Source of the DNA: Tepidisphaeraceae bacterium
GTDB lineage: Bacteria > Planctomycetota > Phycisphaerae > Tepidisphaerales > Tepidisphaeraceae
Direction of reading: 5' to 3'
DNA length: 24,000 nucleotides
Assembly: GCA_049515255.1 (NCBI GenBank)
Contig: JBEKUH010000036.1
Location: forward strand, 13,800 to 37,799
Both the position numbers and the translations under genes were made by a program. The notes below the pieces were generated by a model, which was not told the origin of the DNA, ran no database searches, and worked only from the letters and a program-made list of their open reading frames with translations. Of this stretch, positions 15,016-23,838 are shown piece by piece (within the stretch, counting starts at the first letter, position 1; each line of letters opens with the position of its first letter).

Positions 15016-16503
15016 TCAAACCGTCTCCGTCGCGCCGGTCGCCTGAAACATAATTTGATGTTCGTTCGTGTCGGCCACTGCCGCCGCGCTTCCGAGCACA
15101 CCTTTGTACATCACGGCGATCCGGTCGCACACGCCGAGCAATTCCGGCAAATAACTACTGACCATCAGCACGGCCTTACCGCTTTGCGCCAGCTCGTCGA
15201 TGACCTGATAAATCTGGGCCTTGGACCCGACATCGATGCCGCGTGTCGGCTCGTCCAGCAGCAGCACATCCACATCGTGATGCAGAAGCCGGGCGATGGC
15301 AACCTTCTGCTGGTTTCCGCCGGATAGATCGCCAACGGGTTGGCCGGGGTTTCGGCAGCGAATGCCCAGGCGCGAAATCCATCGGCGCGATTCGGCCCGT
15401 TGCCGCCGGGGATTCACCAAGCGCCGCATTTTGGTCATGGTTAAATTATCAGCGATGCTCAAACCAAGTGCTAATCCCTCGGTTTTGCGGTCTTCGGAGA
15501 TCATTCCCGCGCCTTGCCGCCACCGCGCCGCCGGCGTCGCCGGACCTTCGAATAATTCGACACGAATTTTCCCGCGCCGAACCGGGTCCAGGCCGAAAAT
15601 GCAACGAAGAAGCTCGGTTCGGCCTGCGCCGACGAGGCCGGCGATCCCCAGAACTTCGCCGCGATGGAGCGTGAGCGACGCATCACTCGGCTTGGACTGC
15701 CCAGCCAAATGGGAGATGTCGAGCACAGCTTCGCCAGCCTTGCGCTCGCCGCGCGGATACAAATCTTCCACATCCCGACCGACCATCAGCGCGATGATCT
15801 TTTTCACCGGCGCGGTGGCGCTCTCGCCTTCGCCGACGCTGCGGCCATCGCGCAGAACTGTGAACCGATCGGAGATTTCCTTCACCTCGTCCAGAAAATG
15901 CGAAATATAAATCGTCGCCAAGCCGCCGGATTTGAGACGGCGGACCAGATTGAACAGATGCACGATGTCGCTCTGTGCCAGACTGCTGGTGGGTTCATCA
16001 AGCACGAGAACCCGGCAGCCGACGGCGACGGCGCGGGCGATTTCCACCAGTTGCCGGCGGGCGATGGAAAGATCAGACACGATTGCGTCCGGCGAAATAT
16101 CCGGCCGGCCGAGCTGTGCCAGCGCATCGGCCGCGCGGCGGCGCATTTCGGATTTTCGCAGAATCGGGCCGAAAGTTGGCTCCAGGCCCAGAAGAATATT
16201 TTCCGTCACGCTCAGGTGCGGAGCGAGGGCGAGTTCCTGATAGATCATCGCCACGCCGCGGCGGCGCGCTTCCAGCGGATGCGCCGGTGCGTAAGGTTCT
16301 CCGTCCAGCCACATTTGGCCCTCATCCGGCTTGTGCGCGCCGGAGAGAACTTTCATGAGCGTGCTTTTTCCGGCCCCGTTTTCGCCGACCAGCGCGAGCA
16401 CTTCGCCGGGCGCGACGGTCAGATCGACGCCGGCCAGGGCGACGGTGGCGCCGAAGCGTTTCTTCACACCGGTCATGCGGAGGCGGGGGATTTGCGAGGT
16501 CAT
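15016..16503 (-). CDS. Sugar ABC transporter ATP-binding protein with duplicated ABC domains (RbsA/MglA/XylG-like)
   Basis: There are two Walker A motifs (GENGAGKST and GLVGAGRTEL), a signature LSGGNQQKVAIARLL, and Walker B motifs VLVLDEPT and VLLLDEPT. The protein is 495 aa. Confidence 0.9.
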   Translation of the reverse strand: MTSQIPRLRMTGVKKRFGATVALAGVDLTVAPGEVLALVGENGAGKSTLMKVLSGAHKPDEGQMWLDGEPYAPAHPLEARRRGVAMIYQELALAPHLSVTENILLGLEPTFGPILRKSEMRRRAADALAQLGRPDISPDAIVSDLSIARRQLVEIARAVAVGCRVLVLDEPTSSLAQSDIVHLFNLVRRLKSGGLATIYISHFLDEVKEISDRFTVLRDGRSVGEGESATAPVKKIIALMVGRDVEDLYPRGERKAGEAVLDISHLAGQSKPSDASLTLHRGEVLGIAGLVGAGRTELLRCIFGLDPVRRGKIRVELFEGPATPAARWRQGAGMISEDRKTEGLALGLSIADNLTMTKMRRLVNPRRQRAESRRWISRLGIRCRNPGQPVGDLSGGNQQKVAIARLLHHDVDVLLLDEPTRGIDVGSKAQIYQVIDELAQSGKAVLMVSSYLPELLGVCDRIAVMYKGVLGSAAAVADTNEHQIMFQATGATETV

Positions 16504-17225
16504 TCCAACATCCCCGCGGCGGCGGCGTCGAGCAGCCAGATCATCTGGCCATCGACGGGGTCGATCATCTGGACGGGGAAATCATCCGGTTTGGGCGGAC
16601 CGTGCAGGACTTCTTCCAGCCGCGCGGCCTTGGACGCGCCGGCCACCATTTCAATAACCTCTTGGGCGCGATTGATGAACGGCGCGCTCATCGTGATTCG
16701 CCAGACATTCATTTTCGGCACAAAGTTCGCCACGCAACGGTGCTTGGTTTCCTTGAGCGCTTCGGTATGCGGAAAAAGGGATGCGGTGTGTCCGTCATCG
16801 CCCATGCCCAGAAGAATTAAATTCATGCCGCCGTCGCCAAATTTTTCCTTGAGCAATTGCCCATATTCAATGGCCGCTTTTTGCGGATCGAGTTCGCCCT
16901 TCATCCGATGAATATTCTGCGGTGGGATCGGCACGTGATCGAGCAGCGCGCGGGCGGCCATTCCGAAATTGCTTTCCGGATCGTTCGGCGGCACGCAGCG
17001 CTCATCGCCCCAGTAAATTTCCCAGTGGTTCCAGTCGATTCGCTCGGAATATTCATCCGTCGCGAGCAATTCGAATAGGGTTTTGGGTGTATTACCGCCT
17101 GAAAGTGCGATGGAAAATGATTCGTGCCGCCCCTTGGCATCATCGGACATCTCGATAATGCGCTCCGCCGCTGCGACTGCAAGCGATTTCAGATCCGGCA
17201 CAACTTGAATGATTCGCTCGCCCAT
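16500..17225 (-). CDS. pgl: 6-phosphogluconolactonase
   Basis: The motifs are FSIALSGGNTPKTLFELL, WEIYWGDERCVPPNDPESNF and LILLGMGDDGHTASLFP. The stop overlaps the ATPase start (ATGA). Confidence 0.85.
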   Translation of the reverse strand: MGERIIQVVPDLKSLAVAAAERIIEMSDDAKGRHESFSIALSGGNTPKTLFELLATDEYSERIDWNHWEIYWGDERCVPPNDPESNFGMAARALLDHVPIPPQNIHRMKGELDPQKAAIEYGQLLKEKFGDGGMNLILLGMGDDGHTASLFPHTEALKETKHRCVANFVPKMNVWRITMSAPFINRAQEVIEMVAGASKAARLEEVLHGPPKPDDFPVQMIDPVDGQMIWLLDAAAAGMLE

Positions 17226-17232
17226 GGATGGA

Positions 17233-17832
17233 TTATTTGGTTGCTGGCGCCGGCGGGAACTCAATCCCCGCATAAACTTCAGACAACGGTAAGTTCACAC
17301 CGATGCTCTGCAATTTCGCGGTCGCCTCACGGCCTTCGAAAAAGAACAATTTCCAAGCTCCCTCTTCTTGCCTGAGGAAAACTTCCACAAGCGCCGTTTG
17401 CTGTGAGACAAGCACATACTCCTGCAGGGACTCCAGGCGGAGATATTGAACGAATTTGTCCGCACGGTCATAAGACTCTGTCGAAGGCGAGAGAACCTCC
17501 ACGACAACTTTGGGATTGGTAATCGTTGTGCGAGCGGAATCCAACGGATCGAATTGCGGATCGCCGCAGATGACCAGCGCATCGGGATATGAATAAAGAA
17601 CCGTTTTGGTAATGCGCACGCGGAGATTGCTATCGGCGACTTTGCATGGTTTGCCTTTGAGTTGTTGACGCAACTCTCCGATGGTATTGGCGATGATCAA
17701 ACTGTGCTCGTAAGTTCCACCCGACATGGCAATAATCTGACCATCGCGAAATTCGTGCTTTTCCAGCGCGGTGCGTTCGAATCGGAAGTATTCTTCCAGT
17801 GTCATTCGTGGGGATTGCGGGGCGCTGGTCAT
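17233..17832 (-). CDS. Uma2/DUF820 family putative endonuclease (PD-(D/E)XK-like), copy 1
   Basis: The motifs are MTLEEYFRFE, YPDALVICGD, VVVEVLSPSTESYDRADKFVQY and LQEYVLV. The gene lies 9 nt after the spoVR stop and 7 nt before the pgl start. Confidence 0.8.
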   Translation of the reverse strand: MTSAPQSPRMTLEEYFRFERTALEKHEFRDGQIIAMSGGTYEHSLIIANTIGELRQQLKGKPCKVADSNLRVRITKTVLYSYPDALVICGDPQFDPLDSARTTITNPKVVVEVLSPSTESYDRADKFVQYLRLESLQEYVLVSQQTALVEVFLRQEEGAWKLFFFEGREATAKLQSIGVNLPLSEVYAGIEFPPAPATK

Positions 17833-17841
17833 TTTGTGTGA

Positions 17842-19371
17842 TTATACCTGATGCCCGGGTTTGGGCATCTCATCATGAATGGTCTGCTGCTTGGGCTGAT
17901 CGCCGGCGAAGCTGAAGAGGATCATGTCATCGTCGATCCTCGCCTGTAAATGCACGGGGCGTTGCCAGATTTTGTAGACATTTTTCAGCGTTTCCACTGC
18001 GAACTTTATCTCCAGGTCGGCGCCGTTGTGTTTGTGGGCCATGTAAAGCTCGCCGCGATTGGCGTAATTGCCGTCGGCCACATAAATGAACGGCCGGCCC
18101 ATGTTGGTGAGATGATAAAGCATCGTCTTTTTGATGCGCTGCGGATCTCGGCTGATGATCCGCAGCTGGCCGGTGTGCGGGTCGCGGCCATATTGATAGA
18201 ATTTGTGCTTCTCGATGAACTCAGGCGTCATGAATTCGTCGATGAAGTTCACATCGTTATAAACTCGACGGACTTCGAAAATCTTTTCCCGACCCAATCC
18301 GAGCCCCTTGTCCCATTTCTTTTTCTCGCCGAGGTTGTCCGATTCCTCATACGCTTTGCCGAATTTTCCTTTGTTCCAGCGATCTTCAATGTCGCGGAAA
18401 AGTTCCAAGCCGATTTTGTAGGGATTAAAATTCCCCGGCGGCATGTGGACGGTGCCGCTATGATGGTCGGCATAGTCGATGATTTCCTTGGCCTCGACAA
18501 AATGCTTGGTCATCAGCGTGCTGTGCCAATAGCTGGCCCAGCCTTCGTTCATCACTTTGGTCATGCCCTGTGGCGCGAAGTAATACGCCTCTTCACGAAC
18601 GATGGAGAGACAATCCATTTGCCAATCTTCCAGCCGCGCATGTTGCAGGAGATATTGCAGCACATCACGCGTCGGCCGGGCGGGGGAGACATGCCGCATC
18701 TTCGCGCGCTCGTCCCGCAATTTTTTCGCCTCGGCTTCGAGCACTTCCGGTGGGTTGATCCAGCGATCCAGATAGTCCTTCGCCTTGAATTTTGCGATGT
18801 CATCCTGCCGATGCGGCTCGGTGGCCTTTTCTTCGATTGGGCCGCGATTGAGAAACATGCTGTGGGCATCGATCAGGTCTTCGATGCTCAGGCAGATATC
18901 GAGGAATTTTTCAACAGTGTCGAAACCCTGTTTCTCGATGTGCCGGCGGATGCGCGTGGAGTGATTCGCCATCTCATCGATCATTTTTCGATTGGTCTGG
19001 CTAAACCACAGGTTGTTTTTGAAAAAATCCGCGTGGCCGTAAACGTGGGCGATCACCAGCTTTTGATCCACCAGTTGATTCGATTCCTGCAGATATGCGT
19101 AGCAGGGATCATTGTTGATGACCATCTCATAGATTCGCCCGAGTCCGTAGAAATGCTGTTTGCGAAGTCGTTCGTATTCCGCCCCGAATCGCCAGTGCGG
19201 ATATCGCTGCGGAAATCCGCCGTAGGCGGCGAGCTGATTCATCTGCTCGTAATCGCACATCTCGAAAATAACGGGGAAGAAATCCAGACCGTAGGATCGG
19301 GCGCGCTCACGAATCTGCTTCTTGGCAGCCAGAAGCTCGGCGGGGAATGGACCTACGAGGTGCGACGCCAT
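17842..19371 (-). CDS. spoVR: SpoVR family protein
   Basis: The protein is 509 aa. It has the family-typical segments [38 protein letters not shown] and EGWASYWHS. Confidence 0.85.
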   Translation of the reverse strand: MASHLVGPFPAELLAAKKQIRERARSYGLDFFPVIFEMCDYEQMNQLAAYGGFPQRYPHWRFGAEYERLRKQHFYGLGRIYEMVINNDPCYAYLQESNQLVDQKLVIAHVYGHADFFKNNLWFSQTNRKMIDEMANHSTRIRRHIEKQGFDTVEKFLDICLSIEDLIDAHSMFLNRGPIEEKATEPHRQDDIAKFKAKDYLDRWINPPEVLEAEAKKLRDERAKMRHVSPARPTRDVLQYLLQHARLEDWQMDCLSIVREEAYYFAPQGMTKVMNEGWASYWHSTLMTKHFVEAKEIIDYADHHSGTVHMPPGNFNPYKIGLELFRDIEDRWNKGKFGKAYEESDNLGEKKKWDKGLGLGREKIFEVRRVYNDVNFIDEFMTPEFIEKHKFYQYGRDPHTGQLRIISRDPQRIKKTMLYHLTNMGRPFIYVADGNYANRGELYMAHKHNGADLEIKFAVETLKNVYKIWQRPVHLQARIDDDMILFSFAGDQPKQQTIHDEMPKPGHQV

Positions 19372-19457
19372 TGGCTAATTCTACCCCAAAAACCGTCCAA
19401 AATCGCGGGCTGCACGGTGGCGATTTGTGGTATCATCGACAAGACGGGAGCTTTGTT

Positions 19458-20084
19458 ATGACGGTAAGGACACTGCGAGACGCCGAACGGGATTACTCGA
19501 GGGTTGTTCCACTGACGGTGGAGCAATATCACGAGATGATCGCCGAGGGGATTTTGGAGGAAGGCAAGCCAATCGAATTGATCGACGGGCTGTTGGTGCG
19601 CAAAGACCGAAGCCGACAGGGAGGAGAATCTATGACGGTCGGGTACGAGCATGCGTTGGTGGTGCAGAGTCTTTCGGAGTTGAATGAACTCTTGAAAGAT
19701 CATGGATGTCACATGAGAACTCAGAATCCGATCACACTGCCGCCAAATAGCGAACCCGAACCGGACGGCGCCCTTGTGCGCGGAGATCGGGGGAATTACC
19801 GCGTTCGACATCCGATGCCGGCCGACATTCTGGGGGTAGTCGAGGTCGCCGACAGTTCTCTCAAGGACGATCGCACAATCAAGCAACGCCTTTATGCCGA
19901 CGCGGGGATCGCATTGTACGTCTTGATCAATCTCGTGGATCATGCCATTGAGGTCCGCACGCAACCAGTGTCGGGCGAAGGGCGATATGCTGCCGTGGCC
20001 ACTTTGCCCGTGGGGCAGACACTTTCGCTGCCATTGGCGGATGGCACGAAATTGGAAATTCCGACCGAGCGCTTGCTGCCCTGA
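19458..20084 (+). CDS. Uma2/DUF820 family putative endonuclease, copy 2
   Basis: The motifs are LTVEQYHEMIAEGIL, IELIDGLLV, EPEPDGALV and GVVEVADSSLKDDRTIKQRLYADAGIALYVLINL. ATG 19458 is preceded by gggag. Confidence 0.8.
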   Translation: MTVRTLRDAERDYSRVVPLTVEQYHEMIAEGILEEGKPIELIDGLLVRKDRSRQGGESMTVGYEHALVVQSLSELNELLKDHGCHMRTQNPITLPPNSEPEPDGALVRGDRGNYRVRHPMPADILGVVEVADSSLKDDRTIKQRLYADAGIALYVLINLVDHAIEVRTQPVSGEGRYAAVATLPVGQTLSLPLADGTKLEIPTERLLP

Positions 20085-20116
20085 AATTCATAAAATTACG
20101 GGGCAATCGCGGCGTG

Positions 20117-20719
20117 TCACTTAGCTGCGGCAAACACTTTGCTCAAATTCAACGAGAATCCGGGCAATTGTCGCGTCGTATATTTCTGATTTGCTTTTGC
20201 GATCTTCGGCTTCCACAACCCGCGCCAGCGGATCATTGCCGTCATCTGTTGTTTCTGGGCGTCGATAATCCAGTACTCACTAATTCCAAATTCGAGATAG
20301 TCGTCCGGTTTTTCGTGGTAATCCCGATTTGCCGAACTTGGGGAGACGATTTCGATCACAATCGCGGGCACCCAAAGCGACCAGACATCTTCCACATCCG
20401 GAGGCGGCGAAAGGTAAACGGATAAATCAGGATGCCGTTCCGATTGTGTCGCGGCAACCAATATTTTGCTTTCCATTCCACCAGTGATCGAATGAATCGT
20501 CTCCGGGTTGGCGTCCTGATATATGACCAATTGGTTTCGAGCCGCCTGCAGTTGCGCGAAATGCCGATGGTGAGGCACATCCGTCATTTCGATGACCCCT
20601 TTATTCAATTCAAAGATTTGCCCGTCACGCGATATCGCACGATCGAAATCGTCGAGCGACATGCGCCGGCCGTTATGTTCGGGGCCGATGACGCGAGGCT
20701 TGCGTAAAGTAGCAGGCAT
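20117..20719 (-). CDS. Uma2/DUF820 family putative endonuclease, copy 3
   Basis: The motifs are MSLDDFDRA, HPDLSVY and AIVIEIVSPSSANRDYHEKPDDYLEFGISEYWIID. The gene starts 35 nt after the pnp stop on the same strand. Confidence 0.8.
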   Translation of the reverse strand: MPATLRKPRVIGPEHNGRRMSLDDFDRAISRDGQIFELNKGVIEMTDVPHHRHFAQLQAARNQLVIYQDANPETIHSITGGMESKILVAATQSERHPDLSVYLSPPPDVEDVWSLWVPAIVIEIVSPSSANRDYHEKPDDYLEFGISEYWIIDAQKQQMTAMIRWRGLWKPKIAKANQKYTTRQLPGFSLNLSKVFAAAK

Positions 20720-20754
20720 ATCTGAATAAGTATAGCAGAATCAGAGACGCCGGA

Positions 20755-23064
20755 TTAATCCCGACGCGGCCCGCGGTCGCCGCCGCGGCCACGTCCGCCG
20801 CCTCCCCCGCGACCACCACCGCCACCGCCACGTTGTCCGCCGCCGCCACCGTAGCCGCGATCGCCGCGGGGTTCGCGTGGGCGGAAGTTTCCCTCGCCGC
20901 CTTCATCGGGACTGCCGGCGGGCGCGCCGACGGGTTCGGGATCGCTCAATCCCTCTTCCTTCATCGCGGCCTTGCGGCTCAATTTGATTCGGCCCTGATC
21001 GTCGATCAAGATCACCTTCACGCGAACCTCGTCGCCGATGTTCACGAAGTCCGTCACGTTTTGCACGTAACGGTCGGACAATTCCGAGACGTGGCACAAT
21101 CCATCGGTCTCCGGAGCGATCTCGATGAACGCGCCGAATTCCTTGATGCTGACGACCTTGCCGGAATAAATTTTTCCGACCTTGACCTCGGCCGTGATCG
21201 CCTCGACGAGATCGCGGGCTTTCTCGGCAGATGCCTGATCGACGGAGCTGATGAACACTGTGCCATCGTCTTCGATGTCGATGTTGGCGCCGGTGTCTTC
21301 CTGCAGTTTCTTGATGTTCTTGCCGCCGGGGCCGATGAGTTTGCCGATTTTTTCCGGATCGATTTTGACAGTGAGCAGCCGCGGGGCGAACTTGCTGATC
21401 TCCGCCCTTGGCGCGGGAAGCACAGCAGTCATTTTATCCAGAATGGTCAGCCGAGCCTCACGAGCGCGGTGCAATGTGTCTCGTATGATCTTGTAATCGA
21501 TGCCCTCGATCTTGATGTCGAGTTGGATGGCCGTGATTCCTTCGGTGGTGCCGCAGACTTTGAAATCCATATCGCCGAAATGATCTTCCTCGCCGATGAT
21601 GTCGGTGAGAAGAACCGATCGATCGCCTTCCTTGACCAGGCCGATGGAAATTCCCGCGACTGGCCGAGTGATCGGGACGCCGGCATCCATGAGCGCCAGG
21701 CATCCGCCGCAACTGCTGGCCATGGAACTGGAGCCGTTGGATTCCAGAATATCGCTGATGACGCGCACGGTGTAGGGGAATTGCTCGATACCCGGCAGTA
21801 CGGCGATGAGACTGCGCTCAGCCAGCGCGCCATGGCCGATTTCTCGCCGACCGGGTCCACGAATTGGACGAACTTCGCCAACGCTGTAGCTGGGGAAGTT
21901 GTAATGCAGCATGAATTTCTGGCTGTATTCGTCGATCAATCCATCGACCATCTGCTCATCGCTGCTGGTGCCGAGGGTGACCGTGCACATCGCCTGGGTT
22001 TCGCCGCGGGTGAATACGGCCGAGCCGTGCACGCGCGGGAGAATGCTCACCTGGCAATTGATCGGGCGAATCGTGTGGTAATCACGTCCATCCGGCCGGA
22101 TGCCGCTGAGAATCGTCTCACGTGTCACTTGCTCTTCGACTTCGACGAAAATCGCGCGAATCTGCTTCTGTTTCTCTCGCGCTGCCACGATGGATTGATA
22201 GCTGGCATTGGGGTCGGTCACCGGCGGGGCCATTTCCTTGAGCAGATCATCACGAATCTGGTCGATGGCCTCGGAGCGATCGTGCTTGCCGGCTTTGCCT
22301 TTGACCTCGCGGATGCGATCGGTCACGCGGGCGCGGATGGAATCCACGAATCCGGGGTCGGGTTGTTTCATGTCGCCGACTTTTGGTTTGCCGGCTTTGC
22401 TGGCGAGTTCTTCGATCATTCCAACGATCTCGACAACAGCCCTGTGGCCAAATTCGATAGCATCGGCGACATCATCTTCCTTGGCCTCGCGGCCGCCGAG
22501 TTCGATCATGTTGACGAAATGCTTGGTGCCGGAAACGACCAAATCGAAATCGCTGTATTCAAGTTGTTCGACGGTGGGATTCAGGATCAGTTTTCCTTCG
22601 ATCCGACCGACACGCACGTGGGCAATCGGCGTGATGAAGGGAACGTCGCTGATGGCAACCGCAGCGCTGGCGGCGGCGCCGGCGAAGATATCTGGATCAT
22701 TCTCACCATCGAACGCCAGCACGTTCAATTGAATCTGCACCTCGTCCATGAATCCCTTGGGGAACAGCGGGCGCAGCGGGCGGTCGATCAGGCGAGCGGT
22801 GAGAATCTCCTTGGTAGTGGGGCGGCCTTCGCGCTTCATGAATCCGCCGGGGAATTTGCCGGCGGCGGCGCGGCGTTCACGGTAATCCACCTGCAGCGGG
22901 AAAAAGTCGATCCCCTCGCGTGGATTGGCGCGGGCGACGGCGCCGAAGACGACGGTCTCGCCATATTGAACAGTCACTGCTCCGCCGGCGAGCTTTGCGA
23001 ATGTGCCGGTTCCGATCACCAATCGACGTCCGCCGATCTGGCGTTCAACTTCTATTGCTTGCAT
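20755..23064 (-). CDS. pnp: Polyribonucleotide nucleotidyltransferase (PNPase) with a C-terminal Gly/Arg-rich extension
   Basis: The protein has two RNase PH-like halves, a KH motif ([20 protein letters not shown]) and an S1 domain ([20 protein letters not shown]...CHVSEL). The start at ATG 23064 ([15 protein letters not shown]) fits the family N-terminus. The ORF is open to 23118. Confidence 0.92.
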   Translation of the reverse strand: MQAIEVERQIGGRRLVIGTGTFAKLAGGAVTVQYGETVVFGAVARANPREGIDFFPLQVDYRERRAAAGKFPGGFMKREGRPTTKEILTARLIDRPLRPLFPKGFMDEVQIQLNVLAFDGENDPDIFAGAAASAAVAISDVPFITPIAHVRVGRIEGKLILNPTVEQLEYSDFDLVVSGTKHFVNMIELGGREAKEDDVADAIEFGHRAVVEIVGMIEELASKAGKPKVGDMKQPDPGFVDSIRARVTDRIREVKGKAGKHDRSEAIDQIRDDLLKEMAPPVTDPNASYQSIVAAREKQKQIRAIFVEVEEQVTRETILSGIRPDGRDYHTIRPINCQVSILPRVHGSAVFTRGETQAMCTVTLGTSSDEQMVDGLIDEYSQKFMLHYNFPSYSVGEVRPIRGPGRREIGHGALAERSLIAVLPGIEQFPYTVRVISDILESNGSSSMASSCGGCLALMDAGVPITRPVAGISIGLVKEGDRSVLLTDIIGEEDHFGDMDFKVCGTTEGITAIQLDIKIEGIDYKIIRDTLHRAREARLTILDKMTAVLPAPRAEISKFAPRLLTVKIDPEKIGKLIGPGGKNIKKLQEDTGANIDIEDDGTVFISSVDQASAEKARDLVEAITAEVKVGKIYSGKVVSIKEFGAFIEIAPETDGLCHVSELSDRYVQNVTDFVNIGDEVRVKVILIDDQGRIKLSRKAAMKEEGLSDPEPVGAPAGSPDEGGEGNFRPREPRGDRGYGGGGGQRGGGGGGRGGGGGRGRGGDRGPRRD

Positions 23065-23098
23065 GAAAAAAAGCCCTCGTTCAGCCCCAGTTTGGTTA

Positions 23099-23158
23099 CC
23101 ACAGATGGACAAATGCAATCAGTTTTTGTCACAACTGTCCGCATTTGTGCATCTGTGG
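23099..23158 (-). promoter_or_regulatory. Long imperfect stem-loop in the rpsO-pnp intergenic region (pnp leader)
   Basis: The arms 23099-23116 (ccacagatggacaaatgc) and 23141-23158 (gcatttgtgcatctgtgg) are complementary at 17 of 18 positions, with a 24-nt loop. The structure lies 35 nt upstream of the pnp start. Confidence 0.5.
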
Positions 23159-23241
23159 CTGGTCACTCTCCGTCATGCCGGGGCTGATTCGGGCAGGGGG
23201 AAAGCTGTTCATCTCGCCGGAAGAATCTTCCGGCTACAACA

Positions 23242-23511
23242 TTATTTGCGCAAGCCGAGCCGGCCGATGATCTGCTGATATCGGTTGCGATCTTCGCGGG
23301 TCAGATATTTCAGCAATTGATTTCGTCGGCTGACGAGCTTGAGCAGTCCGCGGCGGGACGAATGGTCTTTCTTGTGCGCGTCGAAATGCCCGCGCAGTTG
23401 GTTGATCCGTTCGGTCAGCAGCGCGATCTGCACCTCCGGCGAGCCGGAGTCTTTATCGTGAATCTTGTAATCTTTAACGATTTTCTGTTTTGCTTCAGCG
23501 GAAATAGACAT
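23242..23511 (-). CDS. rpsO: 30S ribosomal protein S15
   Basis: The protein is 89 aa. The segments [39 protein letters not shown] and [12 protein letters not shown] are present. An SD gggag lies upstream, and the gene sits upstream of pnp as in most bacteria. Confidence 0.95.
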   Translation of the reverse strand: MSISAEAKQKIVKDYKIHDKDSGSPEVQIALLTERINQLRGHFDAHKKDHSSRRGLLKLVSRRNQLLKYLTREDRNRYQQIIGRLGLRK

Positions 23512-23740
23512 TCAAACACTCCCAGTCACCAAGCCGCCAGAACTGCGTTCGACCCTCCGAACGCCACCGGCCTGCCGGTCATTACGAATCCTTGGGAAAC
23601 GAGAATAGAGGGGCGCGGAGCGGCGGTCAAGTGGATGTGGAACGAAGGTTGCGCCGGGCGCAGAAACATTCCTTCCTTCAATTGCTCCGTCACCACTCGC
23701 CTTTTCTCCAAACCTTGGGGCCTCTAACCAAAAGAAAAAA

Positions 23741-23838
23741 TTAGCCACTGATAAACACCGATGACACCGATTAATAAAGAAAGAATTTATTTCCGGCCTT
23801 TTCTCATCGGTGCAAATCGGTGCCCCATCGGTGGCTAA
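23741..23838. repeat. Inverted repeat of tandem caccgat units around an A/T-rich core, upstream of rpsO
   Basis: The left arm is 23741-23771 (ttagccactgataaacaccgatgacaccgat). The right arm is 23805-23838 (catcggtgcaaatcggtgccccatcggtggctaa). The terminal ttagcca/tggctaa and the caccgat/atcggtg units are complementary. The core is taataaagaaagaatttatttcc. Confidence 0.8.

Noticed and set aside
15664-16911. A 415-aa plus-strand ORF opposite the ABC ATPase and pgl, and similar long antisense or alternate-frame ORFs (1669-2637, 3703-4518, 5238-5807, 11346-12113, 13950-14525)
   Set aside because: Each overlaps a gene with clear family motifs in another frame or strand. The sequences are Arg/Ala/Gly-rich and show no motifs. 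I treat them as non-coding shadows.
17950-19461. A 503-aa ORF on the plus strand covering almost all of spoVR
   Set aside because: It is a mirror-frame shadow ORF of a well-supported minus-strand gene. The translation is low-complexity, rich in R/A/G/L and has no recognisable motifs, as is typical of antisense frames in GC-rich coding DNA.
20833-23187. A 784-aa ORF on the plus strand opposite pnp
   Set aside because: The reasoning is the same. PNPase on the minus strand carries complete RNase PH, KH and S1 signatures. The antisense translation has no domain-like features.
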